From: an uncultured Planctomycetia bacterium
GTDB taxonomy: Bacteria > Omnitrophota > Gorgyraeia > 2-02-FULL-51-18
Direction of reading: 5' to 3'
DNA: 64,000 bases
Assembly: GCA_964642015.1 (NCBI GenBank)
Contig: CAZXLF010000001.1
Location: 254,375-318,374 of the forward strand
This document shows, one piece after another, positions 31,107 to 39,884 of the stretch. Both the position numbers and the translations under genes were made by a program. The number at the start of each line of letters is the position of its first letter. Position 1 is the first letter of the stretch. Under the pieces are notes generated by a model that made no database searches, was not told where the DNA came from, and saw nothing but the letters and a program-made list of their open reading frames with translations.

Positions 31107-31736
31107 ATGATTTGGGGGCAATTAGTGTCGCAAAAATATTTACGTTCAACAATTTTGTTTATTCTTCTTCTTTTGATCAGCGTCTACTCTTACGCTGCTG
31201 AAAATGGTACGCCAGCGGTTTCGAGCCCTACCTCGGTATCATTGCAATACCAGATCGGCGTGGATGATATTATAGAGATAGACGTTCTTCAGCCTCAGCA
31301 GCTTGCATCAACGCTGACGGTTGCGCCGGATGGCACGATCACTTTTCCGTATATAGGGAGCGTTCAGGTTAAAGGCTGTACGCTTGCAGATGTCCAGCAA
31401 AAGATCCAGGCCGGGCTGATGGATTATATGAAATATCCTGTGGTCAGCGTGTCGTTAACGCAATCGCGCAGCCGTATGTTTTATGTGTACGGTGAGGTGA
31501 ATCATCCCGATTCTTACGTGATCCAGGAAAATATGACGGTAGTGCAGGCGATCTCAGTTGCCGGCGGATTCACAAAGGTAGCTTCGACCAACGACGTCAA
31601 AATACTACGGCACAATCATGACGGATCAGGAAGTAACACGATCACCGTGCGGGTATCCGATGTGATGAGCGGCAAATCGCAGGATGTGAAAGTCGAGCCC
31701 GGTGATGTGATCACGGTGCCGCAGAAATTTTTCTAA
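31107..31736 (+). CDS. Wza/GumB-like periplasmic polysaccharide export protein
   Basis: Signal/TM N-terminus, 'YQIGVDDIIEIDV' polysaccharide-export motif and the SLBB-like block 'ENMTVVQAISVAGGFT'. Confidence 0.8.
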   Translation: MIWGQLVSQKYLRSTILFILLLLISVYSYAAENGTPAVSSPTSVSLQYQIGVDDIIEIDVLQPQQLASTLTVAPDGTITFPYIGSVQVKGCTLADVQQKIQAGLMDYMKYPVVSVSLTQSRSRMFYVYGEVNHPDSYVIQENMTVVQAISVAGGFTKVASTNDVKILRHNHDGSGSNTITVRVSDVMSGKSQDVKVEPGDVITVPQKFF

Positions 31737-31737
31737 A

Positions 31738-33402
31738 ATGAGCCAACAACTGATGAACCAGATGAACGGTGCGAACAACACGACTCCCATTACACCCGTG
31801 ATCGCTGAGCGTCCGATCAAGACGACCCGTGATTACGTGAAGGTGGTTTTTCGTCAAAAAAGATTCATTATCCTGACCGTCATCGTCGTCACATTGATGA
31901 CTTATTTCGGGCTTAAATTTTTTACACCGGTATATGAATCGGAAGTAAAGATGCTTGTCTCAGCCGAAAAGGAAACTGACGCGCCGTACCAGCGTGATTT
32001 TTCTATCTATAGCGGCAATGACTCCGGTCAGACGCTCACTCAAAGCGAGATCGTGACCTCCAAGCCCGTGCTTGAGCGCGCGGTGCTGGCTTTGGGTTTG
32101 AACGAGCGCCCTCTTGATTATGAAAATCACTTCGCGTCGCCTTTGAAGCAAAAATTTGTGAATTGGCAGAACAAGCAAACCGGTGCTCGGCTTGAAACCA
32201 TGGCGCTCCAGCAGAAAGAAGGGCTCAAATTCTACATGGCGATGGAAGACTTGAAAAGTCGCGTGAAAGTGACACCGGTCCGCGACACGCACTTATTTTC
32301 GATCGTCGTGACGGATTTCAGCCCGATCGCCGCGGCGGTGACGGCCAATGCGGTGAGCCGCTCTTACGTGATGTTCGATCTGGAGCAGCAGTATGTCGAT
32401 CTTCAAGCCAAGTATACTGAAAAAAATCCCGTTGTTATCCAGATGAAGGAAAATATCGCGAATATCAGAAAAGGGCTTTCCGGCCAGCCTCTGCCAAGTA
32501 TTGAGGCGATAGGCCCGGCCTCGGTCAAGATCATCGAACAGGCGACGCCGGCTTTAAAACCCGTTGGCCTTCCGCGAAAATTGATTCTTCTGATCGGCTT
32601 CGTGATGAGTATTTTTCTCGGCGCATTTTTGGCATTCAGCTTTGAGTATCTCGACCAAACATTTCACTCCAAGCAGGACCTTGAGGTATTTTTGGGCGCT
32701 CCGGTGATCGCCTGCATCAATAAGAAAAAAGGGTTGGGCGACCGCCAGCTGGTCCATGATGTGTCCGATACCAACAAATCGCCTCGCGCGGTGTCCTATC
32801 GTATCTTGGCCCAGCAGATCCTTTTCATGGTGAAGACGAAGAATCTAAAGCACATGCTTTTTGCATCCGTGAATCCCGCAGATGATTCGGCGACTATTCT
32901 TTCGAATTCAGCTGTTTTTATATCCAGTCGTTTGGGACTGCGCACTCTTGTGATCGATGCGAACTTAAGAAATCCTTCGCTTCATAAATTTTTCAAAGGC
33001 AAGGTCAATCAGGGTCTTGCGGAGATCTTGGAGGGAAGCCTTAAGTCTGAAGAAGCGGTCCGGCCAGTGAATGAAAAGCTTCATTATATTTCCGCCGGCC
33101 ATAGCGTCGCGGATCCCGGCATTCTACTAGGCAAGGAATCTTTTTCTCGTATCCTATTGACCTTAAGCCCATCTTATGACCTGCTTCTGATTAACGGCGC
33201 GAATGTACGTGATTTCCGCGACACACCGCTTATTGCTTCATCCACGGATGGTGTTATCCTGATCATCGGCGAAAGCACCGTACGCCGTCAGGTCGTTCAG
33301 TATTCGATGAAGCACCTGAATGACAACCACTGCCGTATCCTCGGCGCGGTCATGCCCAATCGGGAATACATGATCCCGAAATTCCTCTACGAAAGCGTTT
33401 GA
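31738..33402 (+). CDS. Wzc/GumC-like polysaccharide co-polymerase with a degenerate (probably inactive) BY-kinase-like C-terminal domain
   Basis: N-terminal Wzz-type domain with a TM helix and long periplasmic segment. The C-terminal ~230 aa are collinear with CpsD/Wzc ATPase domains but Walker A is 'SVNPADDSAT' (no GK[ST]), Walker A' is 'VIDANLRNP' (D to N), Walker B is 'LLINGAN' (no Asp), and there is no terminal Tyr cluster. Confidence 0.75.
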   Translation: MSQQLMNQMNGANNTTPITPVIAERPIKTTRDYVKVVFRQKRFIILTVIVVTLMTYFGLKFFTPVYESEVKMLVSAEKETDAPYQRDFSIYSGNDSGQTLTQSEIVTSKPVLERAVLALGLNERPLDYENHFASPLKQKFVNWQNKQTGARLETMALQQKEGLKFYMAMEDLKSRVKVTPVRDTHLFSIVVTDFSPIAAAVTANAVSRSYVMFDLEQQYVDLQAKYTEKNPVVIQMKENIANIRKGLSGQPLPSIEAIGPASVKIIEQATPALKPVGLPRKLILLIGFVMSIFLGAFLAFSFEYLDQTFHSKQDLEVFLGAPVIACINKKKGLGDRQLVHDVSDTNKSPRAVSYRILAQQILFMVKTKNLKHMLFASVNPADDSATILSNSAVFISSRLGLRTLVIDANLRNPSLHKFFKGKVNQGLAEILEGSLKSEEAVRPVNEKLHYISAGHSVADPGILLGKESFSRILLTLSPSYDLLLINGANVRDFRDTPLIASSTDGVILIIGESTVRRQVVQYSMKHLNDNHCRILGAVMPNREYMIPKFLYESV

Positions 33403-33474
33403 TCGCCGTTTGTTATCCCAATCAAGCCTGCTTATTTAAAGAGAGATCTTTAAAAAATTAATCAAGAAAACAAA

Positions 33475-33504
33475 GGGCTAGGCCGAATTTCTTCGACCTA
33501 GCCC
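33475..33504. terminator. bidirectional rho-independent terminator between convergent genes
   Basis: Hairpin 'gggctaggccgaa-tttc-ttcgacctagccc' (8+4 bp stem) between the + strand gene ending at 33402 and the - strand gene ending at 33532, followed by a T-rich tract. Confidence 0.5.
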
Positions 33505-33531
33505 AAGCGTTCTATTTGTTGATCGCCAATA

Positions 33532-33828
33532 TTACTTAAGCACTTTGTGCAATTCAGCCAGAGATTTATCAATATATTGGATTGCTAAATCTCGGTTAGT
33601 GCCACCAAAATTAGAAGAAGTATTCGATAATTCATGTCTGGCTCTTTCCAGAGAAGAGATTGCAATATACCATGCATCTTCTCGCTCTTTATTGGGGTCT
33701 TTATGAGCTGGCTTGCTGGAAACTGCTGCTGGTTTAGTAGGTGTGTTTGTGTCAGCAAAAACATGAATTGATTGGAAGCCAAATAAAATAACAAATATTG
33801 CGCACAACATTAATCTACGACTCTTCAT
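33532..33828 (-). CDS. small secreted hypothetical protein
   Basis: N-terminal signal peptide 'MKSRRLMLCAIFVILFGFQSIHVFA'. No recognisable domain. Confidence 0.45.
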   Translation of the reverse strand: MKSRRLMLCAIFVILFGFQSIHVFADTNTPTKPAAVSSKPAHKDPNKEREDAWYIAISSLERARHELSNTSSNFGGTNRDLAIQYIDKSLAELHKVLK

Positions 33829-34189
33829 TTATTCCCCCTTATTTAACGTTAATCACCTTAAATGTTCTTTCTTTTACCTAAAGATTTATTATACCTCATT
33901 TGAGAAAAATATCGATCTTTTACTGAAGAAAATTATTTAATTTTTCTCAAAATAATCCTAGTGCAACCTAGTTAGAACCATATTTTGCACGAACTTTAAG
34001 CTTCCATAAACCAAAGGGGTTAAGATCTATATTGCAAGACCATCTGCGTACACCATGAAGTATTATTTCCACTTCATACAAGTTCCCTTTTGGGGTTAAA
34101 ACTATAGCTTTAAGCTCTTTTATTGGAGTTGGATTAGAAAGCCGAGTCCTTAGGAGATTACAAGTGAGTGTTATTGATCGGAATAACAG

Positions 34190-36031
34190 CTATTCTGTGT
34201 AATGATAGCCAGCGTCGGGATGAATGTTGACGTCATCCGGAGTGCCGTCTTTTCGGGCGCTGCCGTCGATAGGAACCGGCTTACCGATGGCTTTCTTGAC
34301 CCAATCGGGGAGCGTCGAGTACCAGGATGTCGTTCCCAGATCGATGGCAGGGGAGTCGGGAGACAGATGAGCATCGTAATCGGCGCTTTTGTCATTTGAA
34401 AGAAGCGCATTGGCAGCGACAGAATGTTTGTCCTGGCCTGAGATAGACTGCCATTCAGAAAGACCGATCGATTTATCATGTACTTTGAATAATTTCGTTA
34501 TTTCCGAAGACTTGCTCCAGACGTTATAATCGGAATCCATACGCAGATAATTGTCAGCGCCAATGCTTCCTATTGCGGCTCCCGCATTGGCGTTTTGATT
34601 GAATATGCAATTTTTTATTGTTAGTTTCCCATCAGAAGAAAAATGGTAGACACCAAAGGTCCGGTAGGCATCTTTAATACCTTGCCCAATGTTAAAAGTA
34701 TCGTTGTAAAGATAAACTTTCCCCATTTTATCAGTATTATCGTTGATGCTGATCGTGATTGCATCGCCTTTGTTGCTATAAGAAAGAGTATTGATCACAT
34801 ACAGCTCATCCGGAGTCCTGATGGACGAGTGTTCCGAAGACAGGGAAATTCCTGATGTAATGCTCGAGTTGTTTCTGGTGCCCGCGCCGTGCGTTTTGCA
34901 GGAGTAAATCAGGATATGGTCGGCACCGTCGCTGTAAAAACCGGCATCAAAATTGCCTTTAGCATTCCATTCCTGTGCATTAGTATCCGCTTCGCAGCGT
35001 ATGGCACCCGAATACTGGACCTTAGTATTGGCGTTATAATCCAAAAAATCAAAACCGGCGCGTCCGCCGTATTGCGCGAAACAATCGATCCACCAGGAAT
35101 AAGAGGACTCCATTGTGAAATTCTGCCCGTGCCCGTTGCCTCCGGAGTTACTAAAACGTCCTGTACACCGCACACAGGAATTGTAATCCGCCCCGTTTTC
35201 AGGAGGATTTATTCCGTTTCGGACAAAATAAAAAGATTCTTTACCGTTGTACTCGGCCCAGCAATCGATGAACTGAACATGCTGGCTTTGTGAGCGGAAA
35301 GCTTCGCCGTTCGACCATCTTACATGAAGGTTTTTTGCGACGACCCACGGCGCACTGCCTGTTTTATCGCCGATCTTGATCAGTGCATCGTATTGTTCTT
35401 TGGGATATTGCCCCAACCGTATTGTGTGAGCCGATGGATCAGAGCCATCCAGCAGTTTTAAAAAGACAAGATGACTACTCCATGAAAGCATATAAGCTGA
35501 TGCTACATCAGATGCGGTGGTTACTCCTCCAAATCCATCCAATTGATGCTTAAGATAAGCCACTTCATTGTCATCTACTGAAAGTAGATATAAAAAGTCG
35601 CCCAAATATTTGGCATTTGTTTGATAAGTGTGTCCGCTAGAATCATTAGGATAAACGGTCCAGCCGCCTTTGTAGATCTCGCTCCCTATAAAAAGGGGAT
35701 CGTTATCGTGATATTTAAGTTTCCCAAAAACTACTTTACTTTGGGGTTCGCCATAAGCGTCCAAAACAATAGGGTTATTTTCAGCTCCCGAGGAGTTAAG
35801 CGTCCAATACGCGTCTTTACCGACCCAGGTGTCTCCGCGTTTGAATGACACTTCGTCGCCCGGTTTTAGAAAATTGTGCCCTGTGACGGCTGAGGGAGTT
35901 TTGAAAGCATAGGCGGGATCGGTACCGTTATTGGAATTATTACCATCGGAATTACTGATGTAATAATGAGTAGCCCATGCTTTGGTAGTTAGCAAAAGAA
36001 ATAAAAGTATAAAGTAAGAAGTTTTCTTCAT
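34190..36031 (-). CDS. secreted right-handed parallel beta-helix protein (pectate-lyase-fold; candidate polysaccharide lyase/depolymerase or adhesin)
   Basis: Signal peptide 'MKKTSYFILLFLLLTTKAWA'. Repeated Asn/Gly-rich beta-helix rungs such as 'IKNCIFNQNANAGAAIGSIG' and 'VRCTGRFSNSGGNGHGQNF'. Confidence 0.55.
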   Translation of the reverse strand: MKKTSYFILLFLLLTTKAWATHYYISNSDGNNSNNGTDPAYAFKTPSAVTGHNFLKPGDEVSFKRGDTWVGKDAYWTLNSSGAENNPIVLDAYGEPQSKVVFGKLKYHDNDPLFIGSEIYKGGWTVYPNDSSGHTYQTNAKYLGDFLYLLSVDDNEVAYLKHQLDGFGGVTTASDVASAYMLSWSSHLVFLKLLDGSDPSAHTIRLGQYPKEQYDALIKIGDKTGSAPWVVAKNLHVRWSNGEAFRSQSQHVQFIDCWAEYNGKESFYFVRNGINPPENGADYNSCVRCTGRFSNSGGNGHGQNFTMESSYSWWIDCFAQYGGRAGFDFLDYNANTKVQYSGAIRCEADTNAQEWNAKGNFDAGFYSDGADHILIYSCKTHGAGTRNNSSITSGISLSSEHSSIRTPDELYVINTLSYSNKGDAITISINDNTDKMGKVYLYNDTFNIGQGIKDAYRTFGVYHFSSDGKLTIKNCIFNQNANAGAAIGSIGADNYLRMDSDYNVWSKSSEITKLFKVHDKSIGLSEWQSISGQDKHSVAANALLSNDKSADYDAHLSPDSPAIDLGTTSWYSTLPDWVKKAIGKPVPIDGSARKDGTPDDVNIHPDAGYHYTE

Positions 36032-36156
36032 GGGTTTATTCTAGCATATTGTCGGCCAACTCCCCCAACCCCTCTTTAAGTAGAGAGGGGAGAATTTTAG
36101 ACTAGCTGTTTCCCCCTCTTCATTTGAAGAGGGGGAAAGGGGGAGTTCAGATTGAC

Positions 36157-38679
36157 TCACGCCAGCGCTTGAAGCTTATCCCACGGGAACTGTTTCATGA
36201 CGTCCCAAAGCTGGAGTCCACCGAAATAGGGTGCATAGGCGTCTTCTCCTTTGCCGTACTGCGTTGGGTCCTCAGCAGTGAAGACGACCGAGCTTGCCTG
36301 GTCGCGCACGATCATGCCATAGTCCCGGATCGCGATCACCATCATTTTGACGATGGGGGACCAGTTGGGATCGATCGTGATATTAGCGGGGAAGCGGAAG
36401 CGGGTCCCTTCGGGGATCGCATTGGGGCCTGTGTACCAGCCGTCGCTTCGCTGGGCAGGCCACACATAATTGGTCCAGGTCGCGGGACGTACGATCGCGA
36501 CGGCGAGTTCATGCGGGATCACACCGGCCTGAACTTCTTTAAGAAGCATTGTGCCTCCGATCGTCGGAAGCCCTGTGGCGGTGGCGCCCCATTGCTCATC
36601 ACCTCCGAGAGTATTTTTCACAGTGGGCATGATGCCGCTTGAAGTGCTTGCGTTATCAATGATCCCTCCCCAGCTTGCCTGCCACTGGCCGTTCACTTTC
36701 TTGAACTGCCAGAACTCATACAGTTTATCGGCACTCTTATCATAAATAGTGATCTCGCCATCGAGACCCCCTGATGCGGCCACGTTCGCGGGGATCGGGA
36801 TGCCTTGCTGACAGACCTGGTAAAGCGCGGTCCAGGTCAGCGTCTGTCCGTTTTGGACGATCGAGACAGGAGCTTTTGTGGCGCTTGAGTCCACGATATA
36901 GTACGGTGTGCTGTACTGTGTGATATTGATCCACGGACCGGCAAGCTGAGTATTCGCGACGAATTCATTCACATAATTCGCTGAGTTGGCATTCAGCGCT
37001 TGATTTGCGGACAAGGGCTGATTCCAGAATGAAGTTGGACTGAAAAGCTCCCCTGTTGGCGGAGGCGGGGGAGGCGGCTGCGTCGGCAATGTTGTGAGTG
37101 AATTTAGGAAACTTGCTAAATCAAAGTTCGAAGCGCCGGTTATGACAAAAAGAACGTTGCGATCGTTGGCCGAGGGGGATCCCGATGTTGGTAATTGTGT
37201 GAAATAGCGTGTGTTGAAAACGGAGCATTTGTCCGAATCTGCCAAAAGCGCGTTGTATAGATCCGTGACTTTTTGCAACTTTGTTAAAAAGGTTGTCTGA
37301 TTAAAAGCCGGATCACTCACAACACTTAGGATTTCAGCACGGTCGGTAGAGTTTGGGTAACCTGTTGTGAGTAGAGAAGTTTTATAAATTAGATTAAAGT
37401 TTGATAGGTTGGCGATATTAGCTTGCATAAAATGATAAAAACCAGACGCTTTTAATATGGAAGTCAAAAAATTTGCTTGGGTATAAGCAGGGTCACTAAC
37501 AACGAGCAATAGAGGAGAATAATCGGAAGCGCCCCCAAAAATGTTGTTATAGTACCAAGTGTAGGATGTGTTGCTTTTTATTGCTTTATAAAGATCCGCA
37601 GCTTTCTGGAGTATGGCCAGAAAGCTTGTTTGATTAAAATTAGAGGTGCCTGCAACATTTAAGAGTGTAGCCCTGTCTGTAACGCTCGGATAACCCGTTG
37701 TTGGAAGAGAAGTTTTATAAATCAGATTAAAATTAGATAAATTAACAGAGTTGGACTGCATATATCTATACAAATTTGAAGCGAGTTGCACCGTCTTTAT
37801 GAATGTCGTTTGATTATAAGAGGGATCGCTAGCGGCATTTACCAAAGGGGAATAGTCGGAAGTACTCCCGAAGACATTTCCGTAATACCAGAGATAACCC
37901 CCTGTCTTCATTGTATTGTACGTGTCCGCAGCTTTCTGGAGTATGGCCAGAAAGCTTGTTTGATTAAAATTAGAGGTGCCTGCAACATTTAAGAGTGTAG
38001 CCCTGTCTGTAACGCTCGGATAACCCGTTGTTGGAAGAGAAGTTTTATAAATCAGATTAAAATTAGATAAATTAACAGAGTTGGACTGCATATATCTATA
38101 CAAATTTGAAGCGAGTTGCACCGTCTTTATGAATGTCGTTTGATTATAAGAGGGATCGCTAGCGGCATTTACCAAAGGGGAATAGTCGGAAGTACTCCCG
38201 AAGACATTTCCGTAATACCAGAGATAACCCCCTGTCTTCATTGTATTGTACGTGTCCGCAGCTTTCTGGAGCGACGACAGGAATTTAACCTGATTAAAGC
38301 TAGAAGGGCTTGTAACGTTTAACAGGACCGAACTGTCAGATGCCGTGGGAGCTCCGGAAGTTGTGAGAACAGTCTTATAGATAAGATTGAAATTTGAAAG
38401 TTCTCCGGAATTTGATTGTAATTCACTAAGAAGAAGATTTGCCGCCGTTTGGTTCAAAAGTTGCGCAGGCGTCAGAGGCGCTGTTGACGGAATGGTAATG
38501 ATTGTATTTTTGGAATCGATCAAGTTTTGGCTGGTCTGAGCTGCCTGTTGAGTTTGGGCCGGAGTAAATCCGCTGGGCGTTGTGGTCTGAGTCGTCGGAT
38601 CAGCCGCAAGTAAGACTTTGCCGTCGGTTAAAAAAAAGCTTAAAAGAACTAGGTAAAAAAACACCGCTCTATTTTTCAT
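36157..38679 (-). CDS. secreted tandem-repeat protein: signal peptide, ~7 half-repeats of ~55 aa, poly-proline linker, unassigned ~350-aa C-terminal domain
   Basis: Signal peptide 'MKNRAVFFYLVLLSFFLTDGKVLLA'. Alternating repeats 'SNFNLIYKTSLPTTGYP...FNQTSFL..LQKAAD.Y' and 'YLWYYGNVFGSTSDYSPLVNAASDPSYNQTTFIKTVQLASNLYRYMQSN', then 'PTQPPPPPPPTG', then a C-terminal domain with no motif I recognise. Confidence 0.65.
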   Translation of the reverse strand: MKNRAVFFYLVLLSFFLTDGKVLLAADPTTQTTTPSGFTPAQTQQAAQTSQNLIDSKNTIITIPSTAPLTPAQLLNQTAANLLLSELQSNSGELSNFNLIYKTVLTTSGAPTASDSSVLLNVTSPSSFNQVKFLSSLQKAADTYNTMKTGGYLWYYGNVFGSTSDYSPLVNAASDPSYNQTTFIKTVQLASNLYRYMQSNSVNLSNFNLIYKTSLPTTGYPSVTDRATLLNVAGTSNFNQTSFLAILQKAADTYNTMKTGGYLWYYGNVFGSTSDYSPLVNAASDPSYNQTTFIKTVQLASNLYRYMQSNSVNLSNFNLIYKTSLPTTGYPSVTDRATLLNVAGTSNFNQTSFLAILQKAADLYKAIKSNTSYTWYYNNIFGGASDYSPLLLVVSDPAYTQANFLTSILKASGFYHFMQANIANLSNFNLIYKTSLLTTGYPNSTDRAEILSVVSDPAFNQTTFLTKLQKVTDLYNALLADSDKCSVFNTRYFTQLPTSGSPSANDRNVLFVITGASNFDLASFLNSLTTLPTQPPPPPPPTGELFSPTSFWNQPLSANQALNANSANYVNEFVANTQLAGPWINITQYSTPYYIVDSSATKAPVSIVQNGQTLTWTALYQVCQQGIPIPANVAASGGLDGEITIYDKSADKLYEFWQFKKVNGQWQASWGGIIDNASTSSGIMPTVKNTLGGDEQWGATATGLPTIGGTMLLKEVQAGVIPHELAVAIVRPATWTNYVWPAQRSDGWYTGPNAIPEGTRFRFPANITIDPNWSPIVKMMVIAIRDYGMIVRDQASSVVFTAEDPTQYGKGEDAYAPYFGGLQLWDVMKQFPWDKLQALA
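37597..38272. repeat. perfect direct tandem repeat, 330-bp unit, about 2.05 copies (within CDS 36157-38679)
   Basis: Read by eye, 37597-37926 is identical to 37927-38256, and the first 16 nt of a third copy follow. Older, diverged copies of the same unit extend on both sides (~37200-38400). Confidence 0.85.
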
Positions 38680-38925
38680 TACAAAACCCCCTTGCCCAAA
38701 CTCGCAGTAATCACCTTAGATATTTTTGAATCCTTTTTAAATTAAAATTTGATTAATAAATCTTACAAAACGATCATTAAAATTTGATGAAAATAAGATT
38801 AATTTTTCTTAATGGCCTATTTTATACCATATTCCGCTATGAATTAGCGAATGTTTTCTCTTATAATATTTAAGATCCAAATGAGAGAAAAAAATATTTT
38901 TTTGGAAGATCCGAGTCAAAACTGA

Positions 38926-38992
38926 AAAATCAAAAGTCAAAACCGCAACTTAAAACGCAAAATGTTTTTGTTTGTTTTGACTTTTGATCTTT
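38926..38992. repeat. inverted repeat in the divergent intergenic region
   Basis: 'atcaaaagtcaaaac' (38929-38943) is the reverse complement of 'gttttgacttttgat' (38974-38988), a 15-bp stem with a ~30-nt spacer. The repeated 'gtcaaaac' motif also occurs at 38915. Confidence 0.4.
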
Positions 38993-39135
38993 AACTTTTG
39001 AGTTTTTAGTCACCGTATTATAGTTGTATATACAAAAGTATTATGCTACAATGACCCCTTTCGATTTAATCCCAAACCGGGTTTTCGTAGGGCTATCTGA
39101 TCAGAGAAGTGTTAAAAAACAAAAAGGACCATGAG

Positions 39136-39351
39136 ATGGAAGATAAATTGAAAAAGGAGGCGTTCTTGACAGTCGACCTTAAAGAAGTAGACAGCATCGC
39201 TCAGGACATCGTCTCAAGAAAAAAGGATGCTGTCTTGAACATCCGCATGAATAGCAGGGATCTGCGCAGTATCAAGCAAAAGGCGAGGAAGATGGGCGTT
39301 AAGTATCAGACGTTCATCTCTGAGCTTCTGCATCGCATCGCGCATAGCTGA
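39136..39351 (+). CDS. BrnA/CopG-like ribbon-helix-helix small protein (orphan antitoxin-like)
   Basis: C-terminus 'NIRMNSRDLRSIKQKARKMGVKYQTFISELLHRIA' resembles the BrnA antitoxin family. No BrnT/DUF497-like partner ORF is visible nearby. Start ambiguous among 39109, 39136 and TTG 39162. Confidence 0.45.
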   Translation: MEDKLKKEAFLTVDLKEVDSIAQDIVSRKKDAVLNIRMNSRDLRSIKQKARKMGVKYQTFISELLHRIAHS

Positions 39352-39356
39352 TCTTT

Positions 39357-39884
39357 ATGGAAAAGATCAAGCGCTCATTCCACTGCTTCCTATATTACGG
39401 TTTTGCTAGGCATTTACCTATCTCGTATTTGCCGGGTGGCAAGATTGCTAAAGCGATCCGCGCTTTTATCTGTAGGCGTCTTTTCAAAAAATGCGGTAAG
39501 GACGTGAATGTCGAAGCTAAGGCCTTTTTTAACACCGGTCGCGAGATAGAGCTTGGAGATCATTCGGACATAGGGGTCAATGCCAAGGTATTTGGTCCGG
39601 TCGTGATCGGGAAGGATGTGATGATGGGGCCTGATGTGGTGTTCGTTGGCGGAGCACACGAATTTGGCCGTATTGACATTCCGATGAGGAAACAAGGATT
39701 TAAAACACCTATGCCAACGATTGTATCGGATGATGTTTGGATTGGAACGAGGGCGTTGATTTTGGCAGGGGTCAAGATCGGCCGCGGGGCGATCATCGGG
39801 GCCGGCGCAGTTGTTACCAAAGATATTCCCGATTGGGCGGTTGTTGTGGGAAATCCAGCTCAAGTCATTCGGTTAAGAAAATGA
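39357..39884 (+). CDS. hexapeptide-repeat (LbH) sugar O-acetyltransferase
   Basis: 'VWIGTRALILAGVKIGRGAIIGAGAVVTKDIPDWAVVVGNPAQVIR'. Confidence 0.8.
   Translation: MEKIKRSFHCFLYYGFARHLPISYLPGGKIAKAIRAFICRRLFKKCGKDVNVEAKAFFNTGREIELGDHSDIGVNAKVFGPVVIGKDVMMGPDVVFVGGAHEFGRIDIPMRKQGFKTPMPTIVSDDVWIGTRALILAGVKIGRGAIIGAGAVVTKDIPDWAVVVGNPAQVIRLRK

Noticed and set aside
31738-33402. Calling the Wzc-like protein an active tyrosine autokinase
   Set aside because: Walker A, A' and B catalytic residues and the C-terminal Tyr cluster are all missing, so only the co-polymerase/pseudokinase call is supported.
36124-36642. 172-aa plus-strand ORF rich in Gly/Asp/Arg
   Set aside because: Antisense to the C-terminal domain of CDS 36157-38679. 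No start context and no motifs.
37597-38272. Possible CRISPR-like repeat array
   Set aside because: The repeat unit is 330 bp and in-frame coding. It has no short spacer/repeat alternation and there are no cas genes. It is a protein-domain tandem repeat.
37786-38322. Two nearly identical 68-aa plus-strand ORFs (37786-37992 and 38116-38322)
   Set aside because: They are antisense readings of the two identical 330-bp tandem repeat copies inside the minus-strand repeat-protein gene, not independent genes.
38680-39108. Looked for a tRNA, small RNA or integrase att site at the island boundary
   Set aside because: No cloverleaf-compatible sequence and no integrase or transposase ORF nearby. Only the inverted repeat is reportable.
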